Positions 42,475-51,830 of a DNA stretch of 64,000 nucleotides are shown in pieces. The notes beneath the pieces are model-generated. The model ran no database searches, had not been told where the DNA came from, and saw only the letters and a list, made by a program, of their open reading frames with translations. Both the position numbers and the translations under genes were made by a program. Numbering within the stretch: the stretch's first letter is position 1; every line of letters starts with the position of its first letter. The DNA lies in the NCBI GenBank assembly GCA_965238175.1, contig CBDEGZ010000003.1:2048001-2112000 (forward strand), in the 5' to 3' direction. The DNA comes from Gammaproteobacteria bacterium. GTDB lineage: Bacteria > Pseudomonadota > Gammaproteobacteria > CAJXQU01.

Positions 42475-44415
42475 TTGCATTATCAGATGATGAAGAATGA
42501 TAGAAAGGACTACATAAAAATGGATATTGGCGTATCGCAGTTATTGCTAATTTCTACGAGGCATCAAAAAGTTCGGCAACGGAATTTATTGACGATTGGC
42601 CTTGTTATCATTATGCAATTGTTGATTATGCAAACCGTATTTGCGGCACAAATGCTAAATGATATAGGGTTTGTTTCTTTACCGAGTGAGCGCGTGCAGA
42701 TCCATATGGATTTCTCAGAAGTATTGAAGGAAGAGCTTCTCAGTTTTACGATTGATAGCCCATCAAGAATAGTGCTTGATTTTCTGGATACTACGGTGGT
42801 GCTCAAAGACAAAACTCAATTAATCGAGATGGGTTCAGCACATAGTGTAACTGCGATTGAGGCAAATGGCCTGACACGTGTTGTGCTAAATCTTGTGAAG
42901 ATGGTGCCTTATGAACTTAAAGTGGCGGGAAATATTGTCATTCTAACGTTGGGCAATTCTAAAGTATCGAAAATACTGAACCAAGCTGTTGATCAAGTGG
43001 CACCTTCAAACACGATGAGGCAAGAAAACAGTGATGTAGCTGAACAAATAGAAATAGCATCAGCATCAACTTCAGGACTACATCTTAGTGATATCGAGTC
43101 AGAAGCCCATGGTTTACGTTTGCCTGATCAGCCTGTACCTTATCTGGCGGATGAAGAATTGCCAGCGAGAGCAGCTCCACTGTTAGAATTAGGTGGTGAT
43201 TTTCTGGGCACAGGAAAGCTCAAGCCTGGTTTTGGCTTACCGACAGGAGCAGTGTGGCAGCCTCGCTTATGGGTGTATGGAACTCAGCGAACAGCGTTAC
43301 AGCATTACAGGGCAGGTAGCGGGCCTGCTGTCTCTGAATGGATGAATCGTCTGGATTTGTTTGGTAATTTACAACTTACGGGGACAGAACGTATCCTTAT
43401 CGGCTTTACACCCTTTCACGAAGATGATCAGTTTACCGGACAGGTTTTTGAACCGGGCTCGGAACGTGGCTTTAAAAATAACCTGAATCTAGATATTCAG
43501 ACGCTTTTTTTTGAGGGCGATTTAGCGGAGCTCTTTCCGAGGTGGGATTATAGAGATTCGACATCGAATGATCTGGGGTTTTCTATCGGACGACAGGAGA
43601 TCGTTTTTCAGGATGGAATATTGATCGCTGATACTCTGGACGGTGTAGGTATCTCTCGAAATAATGTGCGTTTTACAGGTGTTCCCTGGCTGGTTAATCT
43701 GCGAACTACCTTTTTCTTTGGCTGGGACGAGATCCACCGTAATGACAATCAGGAAGATCGTAATGCCAGTTTGTATGGTCTGTTCACGCAACTAGATACT
43801 TCGTTCAGTACCATTGATTTCGATATTGTTTATGTCGATTCGAATGATCTCGGCGGGGGAGATCTAATTTCTGCTGCAGTAGATTCGATTCAGCGTATTG
43901 GAAAAGTCAGTACGACGTTTCGTATTGCCGGTTCAAAGGCGCTGGATCAACGGACTGCTCAAGCTGACGACGGTGTATTACTGTTTACTGAAATCGCTTG
44001 GGTTCCTCCCTATACCCATAACCATGCTTACATTGATGCTTTTGTCAGCATTGATAACTTTACTTCAGCAGCGCGAGCACCACTTTCAGGCGGCCCATTA
44101 GGGCGTACTGGTCTATTATTTGCGGCATCAGGAATAGGTAGTGTGCCTCCCGCCATTGCTAATGGCACAGGGGATTCTTTTGGGATTATTGCGGGCTATC
44201 AACTATTTTTTGACAACGATAGGCGGCAGTTATTACTTGAAGTGGGTGGTCGTACTGGGGATGATCAAAAGCAGGTTGATACTGTCGGTGTTGGAGTTCG
44301 CTTACAACAGGCACTGGGCAGACGCTTTATTGTTGAACTTAGTAGTTATGCTGCCAAACCGGAGCATATGGATATGCAATATGGAACAAGGGGAGAATTG
44401 TTGATCAAGTTCTAA
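42475..44415 (+). CDS. AMIN domain fused to a putative outer-membrane beta-barrel (true start probably downstream)
   Basis: PilQ-like AMIN segment (FTIDSPSRIVLDF...TRVVLNL), amphipathic beta pattern, terminal Phe (GELLIKF). Confidence 0.7.
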   Translation: MHYQMMKNDRKDYIKMDIGVSQLLLISTRHQKVRQRNLLTIGLVIIMQLLIMQTVFAAQMLNDIGFVSLPSERVQIHMDFSEVLKEELLSFTIDSPSRIVLDFLDTTVVLKDKTQLIEMGSAHSVTAIEANGLTRVVLNLVKMVPYELKVAGNIVILTLGNSKVSKILNQAVDQVAPSNTMRQENSDVAEQIEIASASTSGLHLSDIESEAHGLRLPDQPVPYLADEELPARAAPLLELGGDFLGTGKLKPGFGLPTGAVWQPRLWVYGTQRTALQHYRAGSGPAVSEWMNRLDLFGNLQLTGTERILIGFTPFHEDDQFTGQVFEPGSERGFKNNLNLDIQTLFFEGDLAELFPRWDYRDSTSNDLGFSIGRQEIVFQDGILIADTLDGVGISRNNVRFTGVPWLVNLRTTFFFGWDEIHRNDNQEDRNASLYGLFTQLDTSFSTIDFDIVYVDSNDLGGGDLISAAVDSIQRIGKVSTTFRIAGSKALDQRTAQADDGVLLFTEIAWVPPYTHNHAYIDAFVSIDNFTSAARAPLSGGPLGRTGLLFAASGIGSVPPAIANGTGDSFGIIAGYQLFFDNDRRQLLLEVGGRTGDDQKQVDTVGVGVRLQQALGRRFIVELSSYAAKPEHMDMQYGTRGELLIKF

Positions 44416-44420
44416 CGACT

Positions 44421-45707
44421 ATGGAAAGAGATATACTATTTCAAGGATTAGCCTATATTGTCATATTTGCAGCTTTTGTGCAGTTGTTGGCCTTTTTATA
44501 TTCACTCTGGTGTAGCGTTGTACAGGCACGCGTGCAAAATGAGATTTCTATTCAGATGTTACGTCAACAGTTGGGGCAAGAGACATTGACTGCGGCACTT
44601 GAGCGTAGTCGATCAGAATCGGGTTGGACTGGTTTACGTAAATTCAGAATTGATGAGAAAGTTGATGAAGGTGCAGATATTTACTCATTCTATCTCAGCG
44701 CGCATGATGGCCAGATCATACCTTCTTTTCTACCAGGCCAACACCTGACTTTTCGTTTGCGGATACCGGGTAAGGATAAACTGGTGACCTGTTGCTACTC
44801 ACTGTCAGATAGCCCACAGACTGACAGATATCGCATCTCGGTTAAAAGACTCGCACCGCCTGATGAGCAACCAGATCTCCCTGCAGGTTTGGTTTCGGAT
44901 TATTTCCATCACCAGCTTGGAAAGGGTGATATTGTGGATGTCATAAGTCCTTCTGGGAAATTTTATTTGGATATGACCCGACATACACCGGTAGTATTGA
45001 TTGGAGCCGGGATAGGTGTCACACCCGTACTTAGTATGCTCAATAGTATTTGTCAGGCAAATATCCAACGGGAAACATGGTTCTTCTATGGTGTTCGCAA
45101 TAGCAATGAACAGATTATGCGACCTCATCTGGAAATGTTGGCCAATAATAATGAAAATGTACATATGCAGTTTTGCTATAGTCAGCCGCTACATAAAGAT
45201 GAACCAGGGATGGACTTTCATCATCCTGAACGAGTGAGTATAGAACTGTTGCAAAAAATATTACCCTCCAATAATTATGATTTTTACATTTGTGGACCGT
45301 TGGTAATGATGCAGTCCTTGGAAATAGGTTTGAAAGCTTGGGGTGTGCCCGATAATAAGATTCATATGGAGCGGTTTGGTCCTAGTAGTGGAAGTGCACA
45401 AATAGCAGCTAACCAAAAGGTTCTGTCATATAGCGGATCTCAATCATCAGAAGAGTATACGGTCAATTTTGCCCGATCAGGTAAATCAGTGAAATGGATG
45501 GGAACGACGGAAAATCTACTGGAGCTTGCAGAAGAACATGACATTATCATTGATAGTTGCTGTCGGTCTGGTAATTGCGGTACTTGTATGACGGAAATTA
45601 AGTCTGGTGAAATCGATTACCGTGGAATCTCTGAGATGGTGGTCGCTCCTGGATACTGTCTCCCTTGTATTGCCCGACCTTCATCGGATGTTATACTGGA
45701 CGCCTGA
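44421..45707 (+). CDS. Membrane-anchored FAD/NAD(P)-binding oxidoreductase with C-terminal [2Fe-2S] ferredoxin
   Basis: N-terminal TM; PGQHL, GAGIGVTP, YICGP, ERF; CRSGNCGTC...LPC. Confidence 0.9.
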   Translation: MERDILFQGLAYIVIFAAFVQLLAFLYSLWCSVVQARVQNEISIQMLRQQLGQETLTAALERSRSESGWTGLRKFRIDEKVDEGADIYSFYLSAHDGQIIPSFLPGQHLTFRLRIPGKDKLVTCCYSLSDSPQTDRYRISVKRLAPPDEQPDLPAGLVSDYFHHQLGKGDIVDVISPSGKFYLDMTRHTPVVLIGAGIGVTPVLSMLNSICQANIQRETWFFYGVRNSNEQIMRPHLEMLANNNENVHMQFCYSQPLHKDEPGMDFHHPERVSIELLQKILPSNNYDFYICGPLVMMQSLEIGLKAWGVPDNKIHMERFGPSSGSAQIAANQKVLSYSGSQSSEEYTVNFARSGKSVKWMGTTENLLELAEEHDIIIDSCCRSGNCGTCMTEIKSGEIDYRGISEMVVAPGYCLPCIARPSSDVILDA

Positions 45708-45758
45708 GTTACAGATTATTCCCAAAGGCTACTAGAAATATTTAAATGGAGGTTAATA

Positions 45759-46769
45759 ATGAGCCATCTTAATTCAAAAAATATGTTACTTAGATTATGT
45801 GTGGGAGTTACATATCTGCTGTTTTCACGGTGTGTCTCGGCAACTCAGGATCTGCATTTGAATCCAGAAAAGGTTAAAGGCCCCGATGCTTGTGGCGAAT
45901 GCCATGAAGATGAAATGGCTATCTGGAAAAAAACTAAACACTCCACAACCTTTACCAAGTTACCACGCAAGGAAAAGGCTAAGGAAATTGCAGATAGAAT
46001 GGGTATTAAACGGATCAAGGCTGATAGTGATTGTCTGAATTGTCATTTCACCAGTGACCTTGTGGGGGAAAAAGTTAAACCTATTGCCGGCATTACTTGT
46101 GAATCATGTCATTCTGCCGGGCAAGACTGGATTGATGGACATAGTGACTTTGGTGGTAAAGATGTGAAAGCTGAAGATGAAACGTCAGAACACAAAAAAC
46201 AACGCTATGCAGAGGCAGAAAAGGCCGGAATGATCCGACCGAAAAATCTCTACGATCTAGCTCGAAACTGTTTTTCCTGCCATACGGTACCTAACGAAAA
46301 ACTGGTAAATATTGGCGAGCATAAAGCGGGAAGTAAGTTTGAATTGGTGCGTTGGAGTCAGGGTGATCTCAGGCATAATGTTTGGTATTCAAAGGAGAAC
46401 AAAGAGGCTTCCCTGGAGCGACGTCGAATGATGTTTCTGATCGGACAAGTGTTGGATCTTGAATATGGTCTGCGTGGACTTGCCAAGGCCACAAAAAAGG
46501 CTGCTTATGCCACCGCAATGGCCAAGCGAACACAATCTGCTCAACGCAGAGTTGAAAAGCTGGCAACTGTAGTTGAGTCAAAAGAGTTAAATACAATTGT
46601 TGAAACTGTAAAAAATACTGATCTCAAGTTGAATAATAGTAGTTCACTTTTAGCAGCAGCTGACAAAATTTCCAGCTTGGCACAACAGCTGGTTAGCAAA
46701 TATGATGGTAGCCAGTTTGTAGGTTTTGATGCATATTTACCCAAACCTGAAAAATATAAAAAGAATTGA
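45759..46769 (+). CDS. Secreted tetraheme cytochrome c (c554-like)
   Basis: CGECH, CLNCH, CESCH, CFSCH; helical C-terminal half. Confidence 0.9.
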   Translation: MSHLNSKNMLLRLCVGVTYLLFSRCVSATQDLHLNPEKVKGPDACGECHEDEMAIWKKTKHSTTFTKLPRKEKAKEIADRMGIKRIKADSDCLNCHFTSDLVGEKVKPIAGITCESCHSAGQDWIDGHSDFGGKDVKAEDETSEHKKQRYAEAEKAGMIRPKNLYDLARNCFSCHTVPNEKLVNIGEHKAGSKFELVRWSQGDLRHNVWYSKENKEASLERRRMMFLIGQVLDLEYGLRGLAKATKKAAYATAMAKRTQSAQRRVEKLATVVESKELNTIVETVKNTDLKLNNSSSLLAAADKISSLAQQLVSKYDGSQFVGFDAYLPKPEKYKKN

Positions 46770-46833
46770 GTTATCAAGGCTATGCTGACGGGCATGAATA
46801 AACTATAAAAGGTTCTCATCAGTATCAGTCACT

Positions 46834-48561
46834 ATGAACAGAGATATTACATCAATTAAACGCCCAAAAAGATGGGATACCCCTTTCTGTGAAGATATGG
46901 ATGATGCCAAGATTCAGCAGGTGTTATTGCATGAACCCTTTGCCAGTATGGATCGAACACGTTTCCCCCAAAATCTGTCGCTAGAAGGGATCTTGAAGAA
47001 TGATTGCCGGGTGCGTACCTATCGTGATGCAGAAGTTGTCATACGTGCAGGTGATTATGGCCACTCTGCTTTTTTTATCTTAAGTGGTCATGCCAGGGTA
47101 ATCCTTCCAACAAATTTACCTGATGAATTATTGGGTAGAAGCACTATAAAGAAAAAAAATATTTTTAGATCTATCGCCCAATTGTGGACCAATGATCACT
47201 ATCCTGAGGTACGAAATGTTGGTCAATATAAATCGGGTAACACGGAAAATAAAATAGATAATAATGATGAAGTACGTATTTTTTTACAGGATATTCCTGG
47301 TGTTATAAACAGGAACCATTCTACGGTCTTAGAAACTGGAGATATATTTGGAGAGGTTGCAGCACTATCACGTAGCTCGCGTGAAGCCACGGTTATTACT
47401 GAAGGTAAAACAGTTTTGTTGGAAATGCGTTGGGCAGCGTTACGAGATATTAGAAAGTGGATCAATGAATTCCGCTTACATGTTGATCGCCTTTACCGTG
47501 AACAAAGCCTGGTTTCTCATTTGCAGTCAACGGAGTTATTTACCCACTTAAGTCTTGATATTATTGAACATATTGCCGAGCAAACTTTATTTGAATCTCA
47601 CGGTGATTTTGAGTGGTATAAAGAATATAAAAAACAGTTAAGTTCGAGCGAGCCCTCCAGCCGGATCGATAATGCGCCAGTAATCGTTGCTGAAGGTGAT
47701 TACCCAGACGGATTATTATTGATCAGATCTGGTTTCGCCCAGGTTGTAAAGAAAATCAACCATGGTTTTATGACGATGGAATATTTGGGCAGAGGGGCTA
47801 GCTTCGGCTTGGGTGAGATCATTGAGCATTCTCAGGGAAATTCAAAGATCACCTCCAAAACTGGTTTACGAGCGTTGGGATATACGGATGTTTTACGTGT
47901 ACCTACCTTCCTGATCGAAAAATATGTGCTTCCCAACCTTTCACAGAGCAAACGTGTCAAGTTGATCAACACGTACAAAACGATTGCACTAGAAAGTGAT
48001 GAGAATAGTATCCCTGAAGCACCAGTCGATACAGGTTTGCTGGAATTTTTTGTCGAGCACCACTACATTAATGGTGAGGCTACGATGTTGATCGACCTTG
48101 ATAAATGTACACGTTGTGACGAATGTGTGGTGGCATGTGCCACGGCACATAACAACAATCCCCGCTTTAATCGACACGGTGAAACCTATGACCATTATAT
48201 GGTGGCCAATGCCTGTATGCAGTGTTCTGATCCTGTATGCATGATCGGCTGTCCGACAGGTGCCATTCACCGATCAACGACAACAGGTACAGTCACTATC
48301 AACGACAGCAGCTGTATAGGTTGTTCAGTCTGTGCTAATGCGTGCCCTTATAATAATATTCGTATGGTACCTATCAGGGATCAACAGGGAGAACGTATTT
48401 TGGACAAGGATACCAATGTCCCTATCACTAAGGCCACCAAATGTGATCTATGTATAGCTCAGCCTGGCGGGCCTGCTTGTCAGCGTGCATGCCCACATGA
48501 TGCTCTGACCAGGGTGGATATGCATGACTTACCAAAGCTGGCAGAATGGTTAAACCGTTGA
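46834..48561 (+). CDS. Tandem cyclic-nucleotide-binding domains fused to an NrfC/DmsB-type 4x[4Fe-4S] domain
   Basis: FGEVAAL..SSREATV, second CNB-like EGD...IRSG...FG; CTRCDECVVAC, CMQC..PVCMIGCP, CIGCSVCANACP, KCDLC...PACQRACP. Confidence 0.88.
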   Translation: MNRDITSIKRPKRWDTPFCEDMDDAKIQQVLLHEPFASMDRTRFPQNLSLEGILKNDCRVRTYRDAEVVIRAGDYGHSAFFILSGHARVILPTNLPDELLGRSTIKKKNIFRSIAQLWTNDHYPEVRNVGQYKSGNTENKIDNNDEVRIFLQDIPGVINRNHSTVLETGDIFGEVAALSRSSREATVITEGKTVLLEMRWAALRDIRKWINEFRLHVDRLYREQSLVSHLQSTELFTHLSLDIIEHIAEQTLFESHGDFEWYKEYKKQLSSSEPSSRIDNAPVIVAEGDYPDGLLLIRSGFAQVVKKINHGFMTMEYLGRGASFGLGEIIEHSQGNSKITSKTGLRALGYTDVLRVPTFLIEKYVLPNLSQSKRVKLINTYKTIALESDENSIPEAPVDTGLLEFFVEHHYINGEATMLIDLDKCTRCDECVVACATAHNNNPRFNRHGETYDHYMVANACMQCSDPVCMIGCPTGAIHRSTTTGTVTINDSSCIGCSVCANACPYNNIRMVPIRDQQGERILDKDTNVPITKATKCDLCIAQPGGPACQRACPHDALTRVDMHDLPKLAEWLNR

Positions 48562-49379
48562 TGAGATTACCGAAGTTTGTTATTAAACTTTTGTTCGTGA
48601 TTATTCTTGCTATTATCATATGGTTTTTAATTAGTGCTAGGCAGATTAACCTTGAGGCTCAGCAGTATTTCTCTGGCTGGCTTCTGGTAAGCAGTATCTT
48701 GTTGTTAATGCTCTATGGCATTCGTAAAAGATTCTCTATGTTGCCGTTGAAATCCAATGCATGGTGGTTGCAGCTACATATTTATCTGGGCATGTTGACA
48801 ACTTTGGTGTTTTTTTGTCATGTCGAGTGGTCTTTGCCCAATGGCTGGTTGGAAACAACACTGTATATTCTTTTCATCAGTATTCTTCTGAGTGGTTTAA
48901 TTGGGCTGTATCTGAGTAAAACCATACCGCGGAAGCTCACACAACGTGGTGGGGAAGTGATCTATGAACGTATCCCCAGTTTTATCAGGGAATTGCGCGA
49001 GGAAGCACAACAGCTTGTCGTGGAAACCACCAGAAAGACAGGTTCTTCAACCCTGGCTGATTTTTATCTTAATCATCTTGCTGGTTTTTTTGCTAAACAG
49101 AGAAATTTTTCCAGGCATTTAATCCGATCACATAGCCAGATGGTCAAGTTACTGGAAAAGCTGGAGGATCTGGAAAGGTATTTGGATCCAGAGGAGCGAA
49201 GATATGCAAGACAATTTGCTGTATTAGTAAAGAAAAAAGATTATCTTGATTATCACTACGCATTGCAGTTTTTACTCAAGGGTTGGTTGTTGATCCATGT
49301 GCCTCTGATCTCCGGAGTGTTCGTTTTTCTGTGTATGCATGTGGTTTTGGTTTACGCATTTCATAGCGCAGTACAGTGA
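48561..49379 (+). CDS. Polytopic membrane protein, putative di-heme cytochrome b
   Basis: About 6 TMs with His in WLQLHIY, FFCHV, WLLIHVP, CMHVV; TGATG coupling to the upstream gene. Confidence 0.7.
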   Translation: MRLPKFVIKLLFVIILAIIIWFLISARQINLEAQQYFSGWLLVSSILLLMLYGIRKRFSMLPLKSNAWWLQLHIYLGMLTTLVFFCHVEWSLPNGWLETTLYILFISILLSGLIGLYLSKTIPRKLTQRGGEVIYERIPSFIRELREEAQQLVVETTRKTGSSTLADFYLNHLAGFFAKQRNFSRHLIRSHSQMVKLLEKLEDLERYLDPEERRYARQFAVLVKKKDYLDYHYALQFLLKGWLLIHVPLISGVFVFLCMHVVLVYAFHSAVQ

Positions 49380-51610
49380 ATTATATCCCGCTACAAAAAT
49401 TTGACTACCTTAGTAGTCCCTATGCGCGGCCTAATGATAAATGGACTTGTGGTCGAGCCCGTGAAGGTAAACCCTGCCCCCTGGGACCCAATAAGAAAGG
49501 TCACTGCCAGGCTACTTATGAATGTCACCCACATAAGAAAGATGAACGTTGGCTCTGTAGCCGTTCTTCACTACATGGAGGGCGGTGTGAAAATGGGCCA
49601 TTACCTGACGGTGTTTGTTGCCGCAAAATTGAGCGTTGTTGTCCTACCCGTAGCTGGCGGGCCAGGCGTAGCTATATCAGTCGATGGTTTTTTGTATTAT
49701 GTCTGGGCATCTTGGTGCTACTGTTGTTCGGATCAGATAGGGCCGCATTTATAAGTCCGGGTAAATTAACCGCCAGCCATGCTGGTATTGAAGACTGCAA
49801 GAATTGCCATAGTGCCTTTGAAAAGGGGGTGACACATTGGCTGCAGTCAGCACTTAAACTGGATGCCGGTACAGATGACAGTCAGCGTTGTCTATCATGT
49901 CACGTTATCAAGAAAAATGCACAAAGTCCTCATAATCTGGATAAAGATTCTTTAGAAGGATTAACCCGCGAGGCTACGGTAGCCAGTGAAAAGCTGTTCA
50001 TGCCCTATCTGTCTATTGCAACAGGGTTACTACCTGCAAAAGAGCAGCATGGGACATTAACCTGTGCCCTCTGTCATCGGCAACACCAAATGGGTGAAAC
50101 AAACTTTTCAGGTATTAAGGAGCAACGTTGTCAGGTTTGTCATACAGCACAATTTGAGAGCTTTGCAACGGGCCATCCTGAATTTAATCGCTTTGCCTAC
50201 TCGCAGCGTACCCCGATTAATTTTGATCATACCAGCCATTTATATAAACACTTTGAGGATGAAAAGTATAAGGATCAGGCTCAAAAAGAGTGTCTTGAAT
50301 GTCACCAACCGGATGCCGAGGGCCACAGCATGCTAGTAGATTCATTTGATGCGGTTTGTAGTGGGTGTCATCGTTCACAGATCATGGGACAGGAACGATC
50401 AGGCTCGAAAGGTGTGGTCGTGATGAATGTGCCAGGTCTGGATCTGGAAGTTTTGCGTGCAAATGATTTATTGATTGGGAGTTGGCCAGTGTCTTCAGAC
50501 GAAGAACTCACTCCCTTGATGGCCTTATTGTTATCAGCTGATCCTGCCTTCGTTAAGGCACAAAAGCAGCTTGTTGATATCGATCTAATGGATCTATCTT
50601 TGGCAACGGAAGAACAGTTGAAAGCAGTGGTTGATATAGGTTGGTGTATTAAACAATTTCTATTGGCGTTGACAGAACTAGGGACGACTGAGATTAAAAG
50701 AAGATTGGAAATTCTCAGTGAAGAGAAGTTATCTCGAATTCAGATGAAATCTCTGTTGGCATTGCCAGAGGATGTTTTACGCAGTGCACAGCAGCAATGG
50801 TTTCCGCAGTTAATGGAAGAGATGCATCTTTTCGAGGTTGGAGATACTAAGGCTTTACTGCAACTTGGAAAGGTAGTTGATAAAAGTCCGATACCAGTAG
50901 TCCACGATACAGAGAAGCAATCGAAATTAACGTTGGAGTCAGATGAACTTATTTTAGAAGAAGAGTTGCCCCTTGGTGAGAATGATGCTGCCCTTTTTAC
51001 TGAACAAGATGAAGATGATCCCTTTGCTGAAGAAAAATCGACTGAACAAACGAGTATTGCTCCTGTACGACTTGAAGCTGAACAATGGGCAGCTTTTGGT
51101 GGTTGGTTCCGTGGTGATTTTTCTTTATCTTATGCGCCACAGGGACATGCCGATCCCTTTCTAAAACATTGGATAGACTACTTGGCAAGTCAAAAAAACC
51201 ACTTTGAGAAACGTGGTTTTCAAGCTCTTATGAAAGGCACCCCGCCTGGAGCATGTAATAAGTGCCATAGTATTAGTCGCCTAGAAGCTGGTGGAGTTAC
51301 AGTAAACTGGGCATCAGAAGACAAAAAGAGGCTGATGGTTCCCGGTTTTACCAAATTTTCACATACTTCTCATTTTTATACGGCCGATGGTAAGGGGTGT
51401 GAAAATTGTCATATGATTGATAAGAAAGCGGACTATGCTGCGAGTTATGAACAAGATGATCCACATAGTTTTAAAAGCAATTTTAAACCTATACAACGCC
51501 AGGAATGTACGGCCTGTCATCAACAAGGATTAGCAGGGGACACTTGTTTACAGTGCCACAATTATCACGTAACAGATATTCTCTATGAGCTCATGCCAGA
51601 GAAGCATTAA
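49376..51610 (+). CDS. Membrane-anchored decaheme cytochrome c with a Cys-rich N-terminal domain
   Basis: 10 CxxCH (6+4, split by a heme-free acidic region), one TM, 10 Cys before the TM. Confidence 0.9.
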   Translation: MNYIPLQKFDYLSSPYARPNDKWTCGRAREGKPCPLGPNKKGHCQATYECHPHKKDERWLCSRSSLHGGRCENGPLPDGVCCRKIERCCPTRSWRARRSYISRWFFVLCLGILVLLLFGSDRAAFISPGKLTASHAGIEDCKNCHSAFEKGVTHWLQSALKLDAGTDDSQRCLSCHVIKKNAQSPHNLDKDSLEGLTREATVASEKLFMPYLSIATGLLPAKEQHGTLTCALCHRQHQMGETNFSGIKEQRCQVCHTAQFESFATGHPEFNRFAYSQRTPINFDHTSHLYKHFEDEKYKDQAQKECLECHQPDAEGHSMLVDSFDAVCSGCHRSQIMGQERSGSKGVVVMNVPGLDLEVLRANDLLIGSWPVSSDEELTPLMALLLSADPAFVKAQKQLVDIDLMDLSLATEEQLKAVVDIGWCIKQFLLALTELGTTEIKRRLEILSEEKLSRIQMKSLLALPEDVLRSAQQQWFPQLMEEMHLFEVGDTKALLQLGKVVDKSPIPVVHDTEKQSKLTLESDELILEEELPLGENDAALFTEQDEDDPFAEEKSTEQTSIAPVRLEAEQWAAFGGWFRGDFSLSYAPQGHADPFLKHWIDYLASQKNHFEKRGFQALMKGTPPGACNKCHSISRLEAGGVTVNWASEDKKRLMVPGFTKFSHTSHFYTADGKGCENCHMIDKKADYAASYEQDDPHSFKSNFKPIQRQECTACHQQGLAGDTCLQCHNYHVTDILYELMPEKH

Positions 51611-51794
51611 TCCTGTAAACTCAACCTGTAGTGGCGAGGAAATGCATAATGTTCTCACGCACTGAATGAGCGAATTAAAAATGGGTAGCTTAGGTCATTG
51701 AATCAGGTAAAAGAGTCAGCTGAGGATCTTAGATGTACGACTTTGTTTCAGATCATGATCTATAACTTGATTATGAATTTAGCTTCAATATGGA

Positions 51795-51821
51795 AATAGC
51801 CTTATTTGAAATAAGGCTATT
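51795..51821. terminator. Inverted repeat, likely bidirectional terminator
   Basis: AATAGCCTTATTT-G-AAATAAGGCTATT between convergent genes. Confidence 0.65.
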
Positions 51822-51830
51822 CATTAAACC

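Noticed and set aside
49376-51610. Calling the decaheme MtrA/MtoA/DmsE
   Set aside because: At 744 aa, TM-anchored and with hemes split 6+4, it is unlike compact soluble MtrA-type proteins
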